Source: Octopus sinensis
Taxonomy: Eukaryota
Assembly (NCBI RefSeq): GCF_006345805.1
Contig: NW_021833773.1
Location: 1-55,582 of the forward strand
Reading direction: 5' to 3'
Length of the DNA stretch: 55,582 nucleotides
Shown here one piece after another: positions 11,820 through 24,624 of the stretch. Numbering within the stretch: the stretch's first letter is position 1; every line of letters begins with the position of its first letter. The translations under genes and the position numbers were made by a program. The notes under the pieces were generated by a model that did no database searches, was not told the DNA's origin, and saw only the letters and a program-made list of their open reading frames with translations.

Positions 11820-12307
11820 AGCGTTAAAGCGAATGGCTGAGCTACAGCATGCAGCCGAAAATATATCTTAAAATCGGTGGGAGAACTGTTATTTTCGTGA
11901 TACTTCATGCTGGAATGTCGTTGATCATAGGAAGTCAGTCTATTCTGTTGGAGTTGGCAGGGACTAACAGCAACATTAGCAATAGCAAGATCAACAATGA
12001 ATACAGTGCTGCGATGACAACTTCAAAAGTAACAAAGGAAAGAAGCGAGATTTCTTTCACTAATAAACTATACGCAAATGAGAAGGCATGAAGATTTTGA
12101 GAAAAAAAAATGAATTCATCTGATATAAGTAATAAATTGAATGCGTTACTCTAATATGAGCTTAAACAGGCATGCTAACTGAAATGTATACGTATGTGTG
12201 TACGTGTGTGTGTGCATGCGTGTGTATATGTGTGTGTATAAGAATATATATAAGTATATAAATATATACACATACAGATATATATGTACATATATATATA
12301 CATATAC

Positions 12308-12385
<78 letters not shown>

Positions 12386-12396
12386 ATATATATATA

Positions 12397-12449
<53 letters not shown>

Positions 12450-12451
12450 TA

Positions 12452-12489
<38 letters not shown>

Positions 12490-13193
12490 TGTATGTTTTG
12501 AATATGTATGTATGTATCAATATCAATATATACATATAGAAATATGAATATAGATATATACTTACGTTTGTGTGCGTGTGGAGAGAGAGAGAGAGAGAGA
12601 GATAGAGAGAGAGAGGAAAAGTGAGAAAAGAGAGAGAAGGAGAGGTATTTCATTGCGTACGTATGTATGGTTGCCGTTGTATTATGTATGTAAGCAATTT
12701 CTAATTGATATGTATAAGTTTGTAACTATGTGAGCATATAACAGATAAATACACCCATATAAACATCTACTATTATATCATACGGCATTTATTCCCTCAC
12801 TAGTAATGCGTTATTTATCTTCTCTTTCCATTTTAAGACCGTTGCTAAGTAACACACCTTTAGAAAAATCTAGAATAATTTAACAAAAAAAGAAAAATAA
12901 TGTAAAAATATATATAAAGAGATGCATTGCAAAACAAATCAAAGAATAAACAAGAAAATAACAAGCGAGTAGTTATTATAGTATACTCACTGAGTTTTCA
13001 TATATATTTTGCATAAGGAGTTAGAAATGACAGAAAAAAAAAAACTTTCCCCAAAAAAAAACAAACAAAAGATACAAGAAGTTAAGTTAAAGAATGTCAC
13101 TGCTGAGTTTGAAAATCTATACAAAAGCTTTCGTGTTGGCAAACTTCAATTTTAACGTTAAAAAATCGAAAAGAGAAAATTAAAATATAAATC

Positions 13194-13231
<38 letters not shown>

Positions 13232-13250
13232 CGTGTGCCTTGTATATATG

Positions 13251-13311
<61 letters not shown>

Positions 13312-14014
13312 TACATATATATATATATATAATATATATATATATATATGTAATGTATATATATATATATATTATAATATATATATATATAATATATATA
13401 TATATATACATATATAATATATATATATATATGTATGTATATATATGTGTGTGTATATATATAATGGTAAGGATGATGGAATAAAGAATTTGTGTTGACT
13501 TCTGTCAGGTTGTTTATGCATTTTATTTCTTAGCTGATGGATTATCTGTGTATTTATTTATTATTCCTACTGGAATTTTACAAATTCAAGTTTTATCTAC
13601 TTTAGATTTCTGTCCAAATTTGTATCTCTCTATTTCCCCAGCTCTCCATTTTTCATCAACGTGAATGCGAATGGCGACTGGGTGTGCATAGATATATGTA
13701 TGCATGTATGTATGTATGTATGTATGTATGTATGCATGTATGTATGTATGTATGTATGTATGTATGTATGTATGTATGTATGTATGTATGTATGCATGTA
13801 TGTATGTATATGCATGTATGTATGTATATGCGTGTATGTGTGTATATGCGTGTGTATGTATGTATCCATGTATATATATATATATATATATCATACACTC
13901 ACTTATATATGTGTGTATGCGTGTGTGCCTAAATACATCTGCATGCTTATATATATATATATATATGACATTATTATATTCATATTATATGACATATTTA
14001 TACACACACACACG

Positions 14015-14067
<53 letters not shown>

Positions 14068-16083
14068 GTGTGTATGTGTGTGTATACTTAAGGAAGTTTT
14101 ATATTGGATCGTGGCACATCATCAGGTTTATTGCTACTTACCGATAACAGTATGTCCAATTCATAATTTAAACCTAGCAAAAATGTTTTTTCCTTCGTTT
14201 TGATAATGTGTTAATAATACAAGCATTGTATCTAGTTTAAAAAAATGATAAGATAAGTTGAGGTACCCGTCCAAAATCTTAGTACTCCTATTGTACTCGT
14301 TCCCGAAATTTCAAGAACCAAATTTATATGCTACAGCAATATTTCGAGATGGATTATGCTGCCTTGTCCTTAACTTGAAAACCACATATATCGGTGTATA
14401 TACATAAATATACTTATGTAATTTGATGTATGTTATTGAGCAGGGGCACTTTATCTTTCTCGTTTCCCAAGATTTTGTACTTGGGTGAAACGGAATGAGA
14501 ATGTTCGTTATATATAAATTTAAGGAGGACAATAACAAGTTTAAGAAAAATTATCTAAATTTACCGCTTAACCAGTATAATAATATCCACATCAAGGGGT
14601 GTCTATGAGTAGGAAAACACACTGTGAAAAAATTTCGTATGATAAATAACACGCCATATTTTATGCAGGATATATCAACTATACAAAAAAATATTTTAAT
14701 TTTTCCAGTATAAAAATAGATGATTTCAGTTACGGCCATACTACTACAAAACACACATATGATGACTTTTGAAGTCCTTTATAGTTTTAAGCTATATTCC
14801 ACGGTTATGTGATGATTACATATTTGGATTCTATGCCCAAAGAACGCTTGCATATTTAACAGTAGCATAATAAGGAAGAAACCTTGTTGGCGGTCTCTGT
14901 TCTTTGGTGGCCTTGGTTAACTCGATGTTATAGCCATAATTGCAATGAAGTGTCAGTTTCGGATCTTTGTGATTGATGGCTTAGAAAAGTATATGAAATA
15001 CAAAAACAACCAACTGATACTGCAGCTACATTCAACCAAAATTATAAGCAGCACCACGGTGATAATGTCAAGTAAATCTTTATTCAAACTAGGATTTAGA
15101 AACATAGGATCTGAATTGACTGAAGGATATTTTTAAGGAAATAACTTCTGTATGTTAGCAACAAAACAGCTTAAAATTTATTTGAATTTAAATAAAAGTT
15201 TAAACAAAAAATGTAACATAAACAGCTCTGCGAATTACAAGAAACATTGATAAATGTCACTATTATTTTTCCCTTAACATAATTCAGTCCTGTTTTTTTT
15301 TATATTTTCTATCAGATAAGACTGTCAGGTGCCAGTTTTTCTTTGTTTATCTTCTACAAGATACTGTAAATCATACACCTTTTTCGCTTAAAGATATGTC
15401 AATCGAATTGAGAAGGTGAGTAAAATTTTAATCCATTTTTACTGATTACATTCAAAACAGTATTAAAAAAAAAATTAAATTAAACATATATAAGTAGAAT
15501 AGAACATACATAATATACATTGGTTTCTCTGCTCTTCCCATACAAGATAAAAATACAATGGCTAGTCTATATCTCAGAATTTTTGCAGCAATCTTACAAG
15601 TAGAATGGATGTCAGAAAGATTCTTCTCTCAGTAAACTTTAAATAGACATATATTTCCATTCTTAGGTAGGTTTCGTTTTATATTTATTGTAGTTTTTTT
15701 TATATTTTCCTTGATATATTTCTAAATAGACTTTATATAATAACTACAAATTTTTATACACATATACATTAGCTCGCAAGCACAGAGACACTTGCATGCA
15801 TATACATATACTGAAAATGTGTCGTAGATGCTTTAAAATGAATATTTTTGTAAAATCTCAACATTTCCTCTTAATAGTTGTTGAACAATGATGACTACCT
15901 GCTTAGATAATGAAGAATAGAATATAGTTTTGAAACCAAAGAAGCATCTGGTAATATACATTTTTGTGACTAAGGGAAGATGTATATGTAATTGAATATA
16001 CATATTTCTGTGTATGTGTGGGTGATAATCAGATGCGTGCATACGTACACACTTGCACACACACACACACACACACACACACA

Positions 16084-16126
<43 letters not shown>

Positions 16127-16209
16127 CATACACATGCACACACACATATATGTATATATATATATGCGAATATATACGTGAATGTGGACGCACACACACA
16201 TGTATATGC

Positions 16210-16240
<31 letters not shown>

Positions 16241-17454
16241 GTATGTATATATATGCGAATATATACGTGTTTGTGGACACACACACATATGTATGTATGT
16301 ATATATATATATATATGCGAATATATACGTGTATGTGGACACACACGCAAATGTATGTATATATATATATGTTTGTGTGTGTATGTATGAATATATATGT
16401 ATATATAAATGTTCGATTACAGACGTGAAAGTTAAAGACTGTGCAAACGTGCAAATATGCAGCGTTTGGTGACCGGGAGTTCGTGCCCTGTCTGTTACAC
16501 TTACCCAAACGCTGCTCTATCTATATTTATATTTATCGTCGCAGTATCCCTAAACTATGAACTGTCTGCTGTAATATTAATAAGATTCATCTTGAAATAT
16601 ACAGACACGCAAAATTGGCATGCTGCTCATATTTCCTTGCGAACATTAATCTACAAGGCTTCAAACACCGCATATTCCACAATATGATAAGCATAAAATT
16701 TATGTCCCCTAATATAAAACAACTTTATAAGAATATGGTTACAAACTAACAAATTATCTCTTCAGACTGCCACAAAATCTGGAAAAAAAAAAAATTATTA
16801 TCCAACACAAGCATAGAGCGAATACATTGTTTCATTGTGGTGAATGATTTATATAACAATTTGAAGTTAAAAGATAAAACGTAAAGATGAATATTCCATT
16901 GTGAACATTTAATATTATATTGTAGATATCGACGGCTATGTAAAACAACAAAGAAAGAAAGAAAAAAAGCAACCAAATCAAAGCAAAACAAATTTAAAAG
17001 TAAGAAATAAATTGAAACAAACATTATAAAATATACAGATGAAAGAAAATGGCTTAGAAAATCGAATGCTATCTGAAATAATACATGTATGAGCTGAACT
17101 ATTATAACACTGTTCTATATCTATGTAATCTTAAAACTAATTTTAAACTAGGTCTCTCATATATAATGTGCATCGTAATTCTTATCTATGGTGTGTATTT
17201 AATTTTATGAACGTTGAGCATTTATCTTCTCTAATTTTGTTGATTACATTTCTTAAGCGAACGTCTATGGGATTTATATTTCGCTAAAATTCTCCAACAG
17301 GTGATATAATAAATTACATTAATAATTTGAATTCCTCCTTTTCTACCTTTTGCCTGCTATCTTTCTAACTCCTTTTCTTTCTCTCTCTCTCTTTGTCCGT
17401 ATTTCTCTCTTTAGATTTCTCACATTCTGTCTCTCTATCCCTGCAGCGTTATCT

Positions 17455-17496
17455 ATCTATCAATCAATCTATCTATCTATCTATCTATCTATCTAA

Positions 17497-17535
<39 letters not shown>

Positions 17536-17570
17536 CTATCTATCTATCTATCTATCTATCTGTCTATCTG

Positions 17571-17620
<50 letters not shown>

Positions 17621-17723
17621 CATCTATCTGTCTGTCTATCTATCTGTCTATATTTCTCTCTATCTCTCTTTCCCTATACATGCATGATCACACACACACA
17701 TCGATACGTAGATAGTTAGATAA

Positions 17724-17783
<60 letters not shown>

Positions 17784-17810
17784 TGAGAGATAGAAAGATA
17801 GATAGACAGA
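17455..17810. repeat. (TCTA)n tract followed by its complement (TAGA)n
   Basis: Read directly: (CTAT)n at about 17455-17645 and (ATAG)n at about 17715-17810. Confidence 0.9.
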
Positions 17811-18104
17811 TATACAGACACGTACAGATATAGATAGATACGCGTACAGAGATATGAATATATATATATATAACTATTGATTAACAGACATTATATATGT
17901 ACGTGCGTTTCTGGCACTAAAAAAGTTAATCAATAAATCATATCCCTTTCTCTCTCTCCCTGTCTATCTGCCTGCCTGTCTGTCAGTCTGTCAGTTTGTC
18001 TGTCTGTCTATTTGTTTCTCTGTGTCCCTTTCTGTACATATATATATATATCTCAATTAAACTCCTAATTAACTATATATATATATATTAGCCACTACAC
18101 ATAT

Positions 18105-18255
18105 TTTTTCTCTCCTTGTTTTTTCTGTGTCCCTTTCTGTAGAAGAGCGTAGGCTCGAAGTGTAAAATACTTTTTCTATTCCTGAGCGTTACACTAATAC
18201 ATCTTTTTGTTTTGTACACCACCTGTCTTCGTCTTTTGTTTTTTTCGTAAACTCT
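18105..18255 (+). mobile_element. Short dispersed repeat with a degenerate minimal-hammerhead motif (putative PLE derivative)
   Basis: CTTT-CTGTAGA-A-GAGC-GTAG-GCTC-GAAGT-GTA-AAAT at 18133-18168. It is homologous to the minus-strand copy near 49590-49690. Its 3' part (CACCTGTCTTCGTC) also occurs near 8785. Confidence 0.6.
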
Positions 18256-18463
18256 CCCTATATATATATATATATATATATATCTGTAAATGTTCATATG
18301 CCTATCAAACTATGCGTATGGGTTAATAAACCTTTGATTTACTCTTCAAATATCTTGTTTCTCCTCCTTAAAGTTGATTTTGTTTCCTTTCCGTCTCTTA
18401 CTGAGCCACATTTCTTCCCCAAGAGTCTTTTGATATTTCATTTATGCTATGCGTATTTGGATA

Positions 18464-19565
18464 TACAAGGTGTTATATAGAATATTCCTGGACTAATTAT
18501 GTTTGATAAAGAATAACTTATTTACCTGAGTTTTAACATCGTCCCCTTCAAAATAATCACCTTGCACAGCAATGCACTGGTGCCAGTTTTCCTGCCACTT
18601 TTGAAATACGGCATAGAAGTCGTTTTACATAAGCGGGTCTTCTGCGATTCGATCTTGATCTTGACAACGTTGTTAATACGGCGACCTTTGAGCTGTATTT
18701 TCATCTTGAGCGACAGTTTGAAGCCCGCAAGTGCTAAATCTAGCGGAGAAGGAAAGTGCGGAAGATGATACCGTGTTGATTTGAGCGTGAAACTAATGAG
18801 TGAGGAGACCTCGGTGACAGGGTGCATTGTCTTTGTGAAGAATTCAATTCTTCGCGCTCAAAGACCCGGTCTTTTTCATGGCATGAGTCTCCTAAAACGC
18901 TTCAAAATCGTTGCAGTAAAACTGTCGATTGACGATCGGGCCCTGGGGGACAAATTCTTGATGCAATATACCACAGATATCGACAAAAATTTTGAGCATA
19001 TTTTTGAAAGCACCCTGGCTCTATCATGCATTCTAAGGTCATGGAGACGAAGGGTCCTTCCATTGTGACGACTACTGCTTCGTCACATGTTCGTAACCAT
19101 AGACCCAACTCTGGTCACTCGTGATGATCCTCGACATGAAGGATGGGTCATCAGTGGCACGCTGACGGAGATCTTGACAGACTTCTATGCGATGCTCTTT
19201 TTGCTCAGTGGTGAACAGGTGGGGGACAAATTTGTTAGAGACACTGCGCATGTTCAATTCGAACTTTAGGATTCCCTGCAAAGATCCATAGGACAGATGA
19301 ACAACATCAGCAAAATGCCGTTGATTGTCCTCCAACGATTCTCATGGACAAGCTGATGAATTTTCTTCACATTTCCACATTTCCGTTAACGCTCGTGACA
19401 GATCTTCCAGATCGCCCATCGTCTTTCAAGGACGTTTTTCCGCTTTTGAAATGCCCGTGCCACTCAAAATATTGCGTACGGCCCATTGCCTCATCGCCGT
19501 AAGCATGCAGACGCATGCTCAATGTCTCTATAGCTGAACGTAAAATTTCACGTTGGTGCTTTGTT
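18464..19565 (-). mobile_element. Mariner transposon, 5'-truncated, with a near-complete transposase pseudogene
   Basis: The minus strand reads TNVKFYVQL/AIETLSMRLHAYGDEAMGRTQYFEWHGHFKSG...KFVPHLFT...SRIITSDQSWVYGYE...LHKDNAPCH...SPLDLALAGF...VQGDYFEGD. A TIR-like end TACAAGGTGTTATATAGAATATTCCTGGAC starts at 18464. The other end is lost at a (TA)n tract. Confidence 0.9.
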
Positions 19566-19984
19566 ATATATATATATATAGTATAAAATCTTAATAATAA
19601 TTTATCAAGTAGTTAGCGTGAGAAACCTCATAACAGAAAAATCCATAAATTTTTCTCTAAAATATATTTATCTATATTATATTCATGGCATTACTATACA
19701 TAAATTCCACACGCTAGCAGGGACTCTTAAAGTCAAAACTACCAAAATAAATAAACACAATGATACTATGAGTTTACTTATTTTGGTAATTTTGACTTTA
19801 AGAAGTCCTCCTAGGGTGTGGCATTTATGTATAGTAATGCCCTCAATATATTATAGATACACACACATAGATATATATATATTTACATACACACAGACAC
19901 ACACACACACATACACACACATACACATACAAGCACACTTATAGTGCAGGTAGGTATTTAGGTGCTTGTGTATAGGCGCGCAAT

Positions 19985-20550
19985 TTATCGGTGTGTTGAA
20001 TAATTATGATATACGTTCTATCGAAGGTTTGTTTCTGATCCATAGAATGTGAAACATCAGGGTCTATATGCTGTTTCATAGCATGATAATTGATATTCTG
20101 TAAATGTTTTGGAATGAATAAATGTGTTGTTTAAGATGTTGTTTAGAATTTATTAGCCGTTCGTCTTATAAAGTCGTTTACAAAAGTGTTTGGTTGGTGC
20201 TTTGGTAGATTAGATGATGTCTGGTCATACACATCAGTCTAAGCATTTATAGTTGATGTGGTCATATAGCAGAATGCAGTATTTCCAGGTGTTTTGTGTA
20301 TATGCTTAGAGTTGTGTAGGTAATGTGATGTATATAGTGTTTGAGTAAATTTGGGGAGTAATGGATGAGATTTACATTAAAAGGTTCTTTTGAAGATGCG
20401 ATGTTACGTAACGAAAACGTGGAAATGGTTTTAGCATAGCTTGGGAAGTTTCTAAAGATAGCGTACGTATGGAAATTATAGAAGTCTGTAACAACTCCCG
20501 CTTTACGAAAAAGAAACAGAATTTCATTCAATCATAGCCTTTGATTTAAG
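19985..20550 (-). mobile_element. Possible highly decayed Penelope-like linker/GIY-YIG remnant
   Basis: Fragments YKCLD*CV / VYDQTSSNL / FIPKHL...AMKQHID...F / WIRNKPSI occur in the order expected for a PLE endonuclease. The match is weak and needs several frameshifts. Confidence 0.35.
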
Positions 20551-20675
20551 ATTTAGCTAAGTATCTACAACGGTGTCTAAAACCTTCCATTATTTTCTGA
20601 GTAAAATAATAAAAACATAAATGCAGATATAGGCATACACACGTACATGTACACGCACACACACACACACACATG

Positions 20676-20713
<38 letters not shown>

Positions 20714-20992
20714 AAGACGCATGGCTTAGTGGTTACAGCGTCGAGCTTACGATTATGAGGTTGTGAGTTCGGATTCCGGACAGGACAGCGTGTTGTGTTC
20801 TTGACACTTTATTTCACATTGCTTCAGTTCACTCAGCTGTAGAAATGAGTTGCGACGTCACTGGTGCCAAGCTGTATCGGCCTTTGAATTGGTTAACACT
20901 GGGGAGGCCGGTATGCATGGACGATTGCTGGTCTTCCATAAACAACCTTGCCCGGACATGTGTTTGGGAGGGTAACTTCCTAGGTGCAATCA
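20714..20992 (+). mobile_element. tRNA-derived SINE
   Basis: A-box-like TGGCTTAGTGG and B-box-like GAGTTCGGATTCC, followed by a SINE-like body (CACTCAGCTGTAGAAATGAG). It is inserted at the end of a (TG)n tract. Confidence 0.75.
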
Positions 20993-21038
20993 CACACATA
21001 TATATATACATATATATACAGATACACACACACACATA

Positions 21039-21090
<52 letters not shown>

Positions 21091-21929
21091 TACATAACCA
21101 TATGTACAATCATATTTCCCATTGTATACGCATACATATATATATAGAGAGAGATATACACGCATACACATATATTATTATTATTAAGGTCATTAACATT
21201 ATTCGTATTGCTGTTATGTAAATTCTCCTTGTATCTTGTTTCTGAATATGTGAAGGTCAAAGGGTTGTGAAAAACGAATCACGAGATGAATATTCACCGT
21301 CAATAAACTGTGTGTGTGCAAGTGTACATGGACAGATCCTTACGAAGAAGCCTGTTAGATCCTTGGATCAAGCTGTTCGTTGCAATTTGGAGCAACGTAG
21401 TTGTGTACTGGTGTAGCTCTGACTCACTCTACATGTTTCGTCCTACATGTTTCGTACCTTGGACCAAGTGTGAAAAGTCTGAGAACGGGTTTATTTCTGC
21501 TTCTATATATACACAAGTATCTAAACCATTTGTCAAAGCATGATAATTGTCACCAAATTTTCTTCGTTTAAACGGCCGACAGTTTGTCGCCTTGATTATA
21601 TGTCTTCTACATAGCCTTAGGTTGGCACAGTCGTTATGATGTCTGTTGGGTTGGCAGAAAAAGTGAATCCCTGACGGTTTTGTTGTATCTTCAGTCATTT
21701 TACATATGTGTCAAAATGGAAAATATTTTACGAACTCGTGTGCTTCTGAAATATGAAGTCCCAAGCCTTTCACATTTGACCCAAGGGAATATATAGGATG
21801 TGTCTTTTAGAGGGAGCGTGTGCACATTTCGACGGAATACACTGGAGGAGCGGAGTAAGAAATATTGTGCTCCAAAACTTGTGTTGCAATGATTTGCTCT
21901 GGAAGTTGTTTCATGACCACACTTTTTTG

Positions 21930-22449
21930 TTGTTTGTTCCTTCTCGAGCCATGCCTGGCTCATAAGGGCCGGTTTCCCGGTTACCTTGACGTATAGGTTC
22001 CCCAACTGGAGGGAACGCCGGTCCATCACAGGTGAGCTGCAAGATGCAGGAGGAAGGAGTGAGAGAAAGTTGTGGCGAAAGAGTCAGCAGATGTTTTGCC
22101 ATTAGCTTCTGCCGGAGCTGCGTGGTGCTTAGGTGTTTCGCTCATAAACACACACATCGTCTGGTCTGAGATTCGAACCCGCGCTCCCTCGACCGCGAGT
22201 CCCCTGCTCTAACCGCTAGGCCATGTACCTCGCCGGTCCATCGCAGGTGAGCTGCAAGATGCAGGAGGAAAGAGTGAGAGAAAATTGTGGCGAAAGAGTC
22301 AGCAGAAGTTTCGCCATTACCTTCCGCCGGAGCCGCGTGGAGCTTATGTGTTTCGTTCATAAACACACACATCGTCCGGTCTGAGATTCGAACCCGCGAC
22401 CCCTCGACCGCGAGTCTGCTTCTCTAACCACTAGGCCATGTGCCTCCAC
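21930..22449 (-). mobile_element. Tandem pair of tRNA-Arg-like SINE group C copies
   Basis: There are two heads (ending at 22449 and 22230), each TGGCCTAG(T/C)GG...GACTCGCGGTC...GGGTTCGAATCTC with TCG in the anticodon position. The first copy lacks its tail. Confidence 0.88.
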
Positions 22450-22879
22450 ATGACCACACTGGGAAAATATGTTAGTTTAGTGAGTCGAATGATCAGTTCC
22501 TCGAAAGACTGAGTGCTCGACGTGGAAACCGACGAAGGACACATCATACAAATATATACCAACATAAGTGTGTAGTAGAAGAAAACGTGTACGGTTTTTA
22601 TTTTCTATATATATATATATATGTTTAGTGTGGGACTGTGTAGGGTTGTGTGCTTTTTGTGTATGATATGGAGAATATATGCAATTCTACCATAAATAAA
22701 TACTCCAGTTTCGTTAGCTGTACCTCCTCCAATGCGAAGAAAAACATGAAATAGAGAAAAAAAAATCCTACACTATTTAGAAATAAAATATAGAGAAAAA
22801 GAAAGAAAAACAACGAAACCAGAATTCCTTGGCTTTTGAAAAGCTCTCCAATGTTGTCTTCGTTGTTCATGTTGTTGTT

Positions 22880-22889
22880 GTCGCTATTA

Positions 22890-22963
<74 letters not shown>

Positions 22964-22974
22964 TATTATCATCA

Positions 22975-23005
<31 letters not shown>

Positions 23006-23111
23006 TATTATTATTATTATTATTATCATTATTATTATTATTGTTGTTGTTGTTATTATTATTATCATTATTATTATTATTATTTTTATTATTATTATTA
23101 TTATCATCATA

Positions 23112-23146
<35 letters not shown>

Positions 23147-23230
23147 CATTATTACTATTATTCTTACTATTATTATTATTATTATCATCGTCATCATTAT
23201 CATTATTATTATTATTGTTATTATTATTAT
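22880..23230. repeat. (ATT)n microsatellite
   Basis: Read directly. It produces the poly-Ile/Leu/Tyr ORFs in the track. Confidence 0.95.
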
Positions 23231-23686
23231 TAAGGTCATTATCATTATTCGTATTGCTGTTATTATGTAAGTTCTCCTTGTATTTTCGTTTCTTAATATT
23301 TATTCGATTTACGCATTTACCTCATTCATTTTGTTTTATTCCTTTTCGCTATTCATACACGATTTACTCTCGCTATCTTAACTCGATAACCCATTATAGA
23401 ATCGATACGGCATTATAAATATGGAGCTAGCGTATAGATGCAGGCTTCTGTAGACATGTAACCAGCAGTGAGGGTACTTTGCATCTAACAGCTTAAATAG
23501 CCGTTCTATATCTGCCTATTTTGTGAATATCAGATGATGATTACTGCAATGTTCCATTCTCATACATATGTATATATATAGACACACGCATGCATATATA
23601 TGTAAATATGTAGGAATACTTATAAATAAATATACATGCATATATATATATATATTTGTATGCCTGTGTAAATCTTCATATATATA

Positions 23687-23719
<33 letters not shown>

Positions 23720-23783
23720 GTTGCATGTCTGTGTATAACTTTTTATATATATAGTTGTATGTCTGCGTACATCTTTATGTATA

Positions 23784-23821
<38 letters not shown>

Positions 23822-23963
23822 AACACACACACACGCAAACACATATATATATATATAGTTTTATGTCTGTCTATATCTCTCTATATATAGTCGTATGTCT
23901 GCGTATATATATACTCATGTAGATATATATATATATATATATATATCTTCATATGTATGTATG

Positions 23964-23998
<35 letters not shown>

Positions 23999-24041
23999 TA
24001 TTGCATATCAATCTCTCTATCTTTCTATATCTCTAACAATT

Positions 24042-24072
<31 letters not shown>

Positions 24073-24111
24073 AAATGTGTGTGTATGTATTTGCATACCT
24101 GTATATCTACA

Positions 24112-24624
24112 AAAATAAACACTCACACACGCGCATATACACACACAGAGATTCAGCCATTCATACATGTCTACATTCGTTACATATACACACATTATGC
24201 ATACCTGTATACAATCCTATAGAGTTCTCATTTCTTTGTTTATACTTTCACAGTATTTGTTGTCATTGTTTTTCAATTCTATAACTCTATGTTTCTGCTT
24301 TTTGGATTGAATTTCGCTTAGATCGCTCAGAATTCGTGTAAAAGCGTAGATATTTGTGAAGATCTGTGTAAGATAATTTTAATTAGCTAAATATATGTGT
24401 GTAATTAATTGCCAGAATATGTGTCGATAATTATATATATATATATATAAGATAAATATATATATATATATGACAACAAATACTGTGAAAGTATAAACAA
24501 AGAAATGAGAACTCTATAGGATTGTATACAGGTATGCATAATGTGTATATATGTAACGAATGTAGACATGTATGAATGGCTGAATCTCTGTGTGTGTATA
24601 TGCGCGTGTGTGAGTGTTTATTTT
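24112..24624. repeat. 155-bp inverted repeat (arms 24112-24266 and 24470-24624, spacer 203 bp)
   Basis: Base-by-base comparison gives 154/155 identity. The right arm abuts the 5' end of the LINE. Confidence 0.95.

Noticed and set aside
14142-14173. 32-nt minus-strand micro-exon with a GTAAGT donor
   Set aside because: The acceptor is weak, the peptide is unrecognised and there is no partner exon. Such signals are expected by chance in 55 kb.
18466-19565. Domesticated SETMAR-like or active transposase
   Set aside because: It has multiple stops and frameshifts, has lost its 5' end and has no SET domain nearby.
22160-22449. tRNA-Arg genes (also 48546-48615)
   Set aside because: The A/B boxes and TCG anticodon position are present, but the sequences run into SINE bodies and I see no convincing acceptor stem. 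They are treated as SINE heads.
22495-22535. Hammerhead-like string TTCCTCGAAGACTGAGTGCTCGACGTGGAA
   Set aside because: Both conserved core segments are broken, so it cannot be distinguished from chance.
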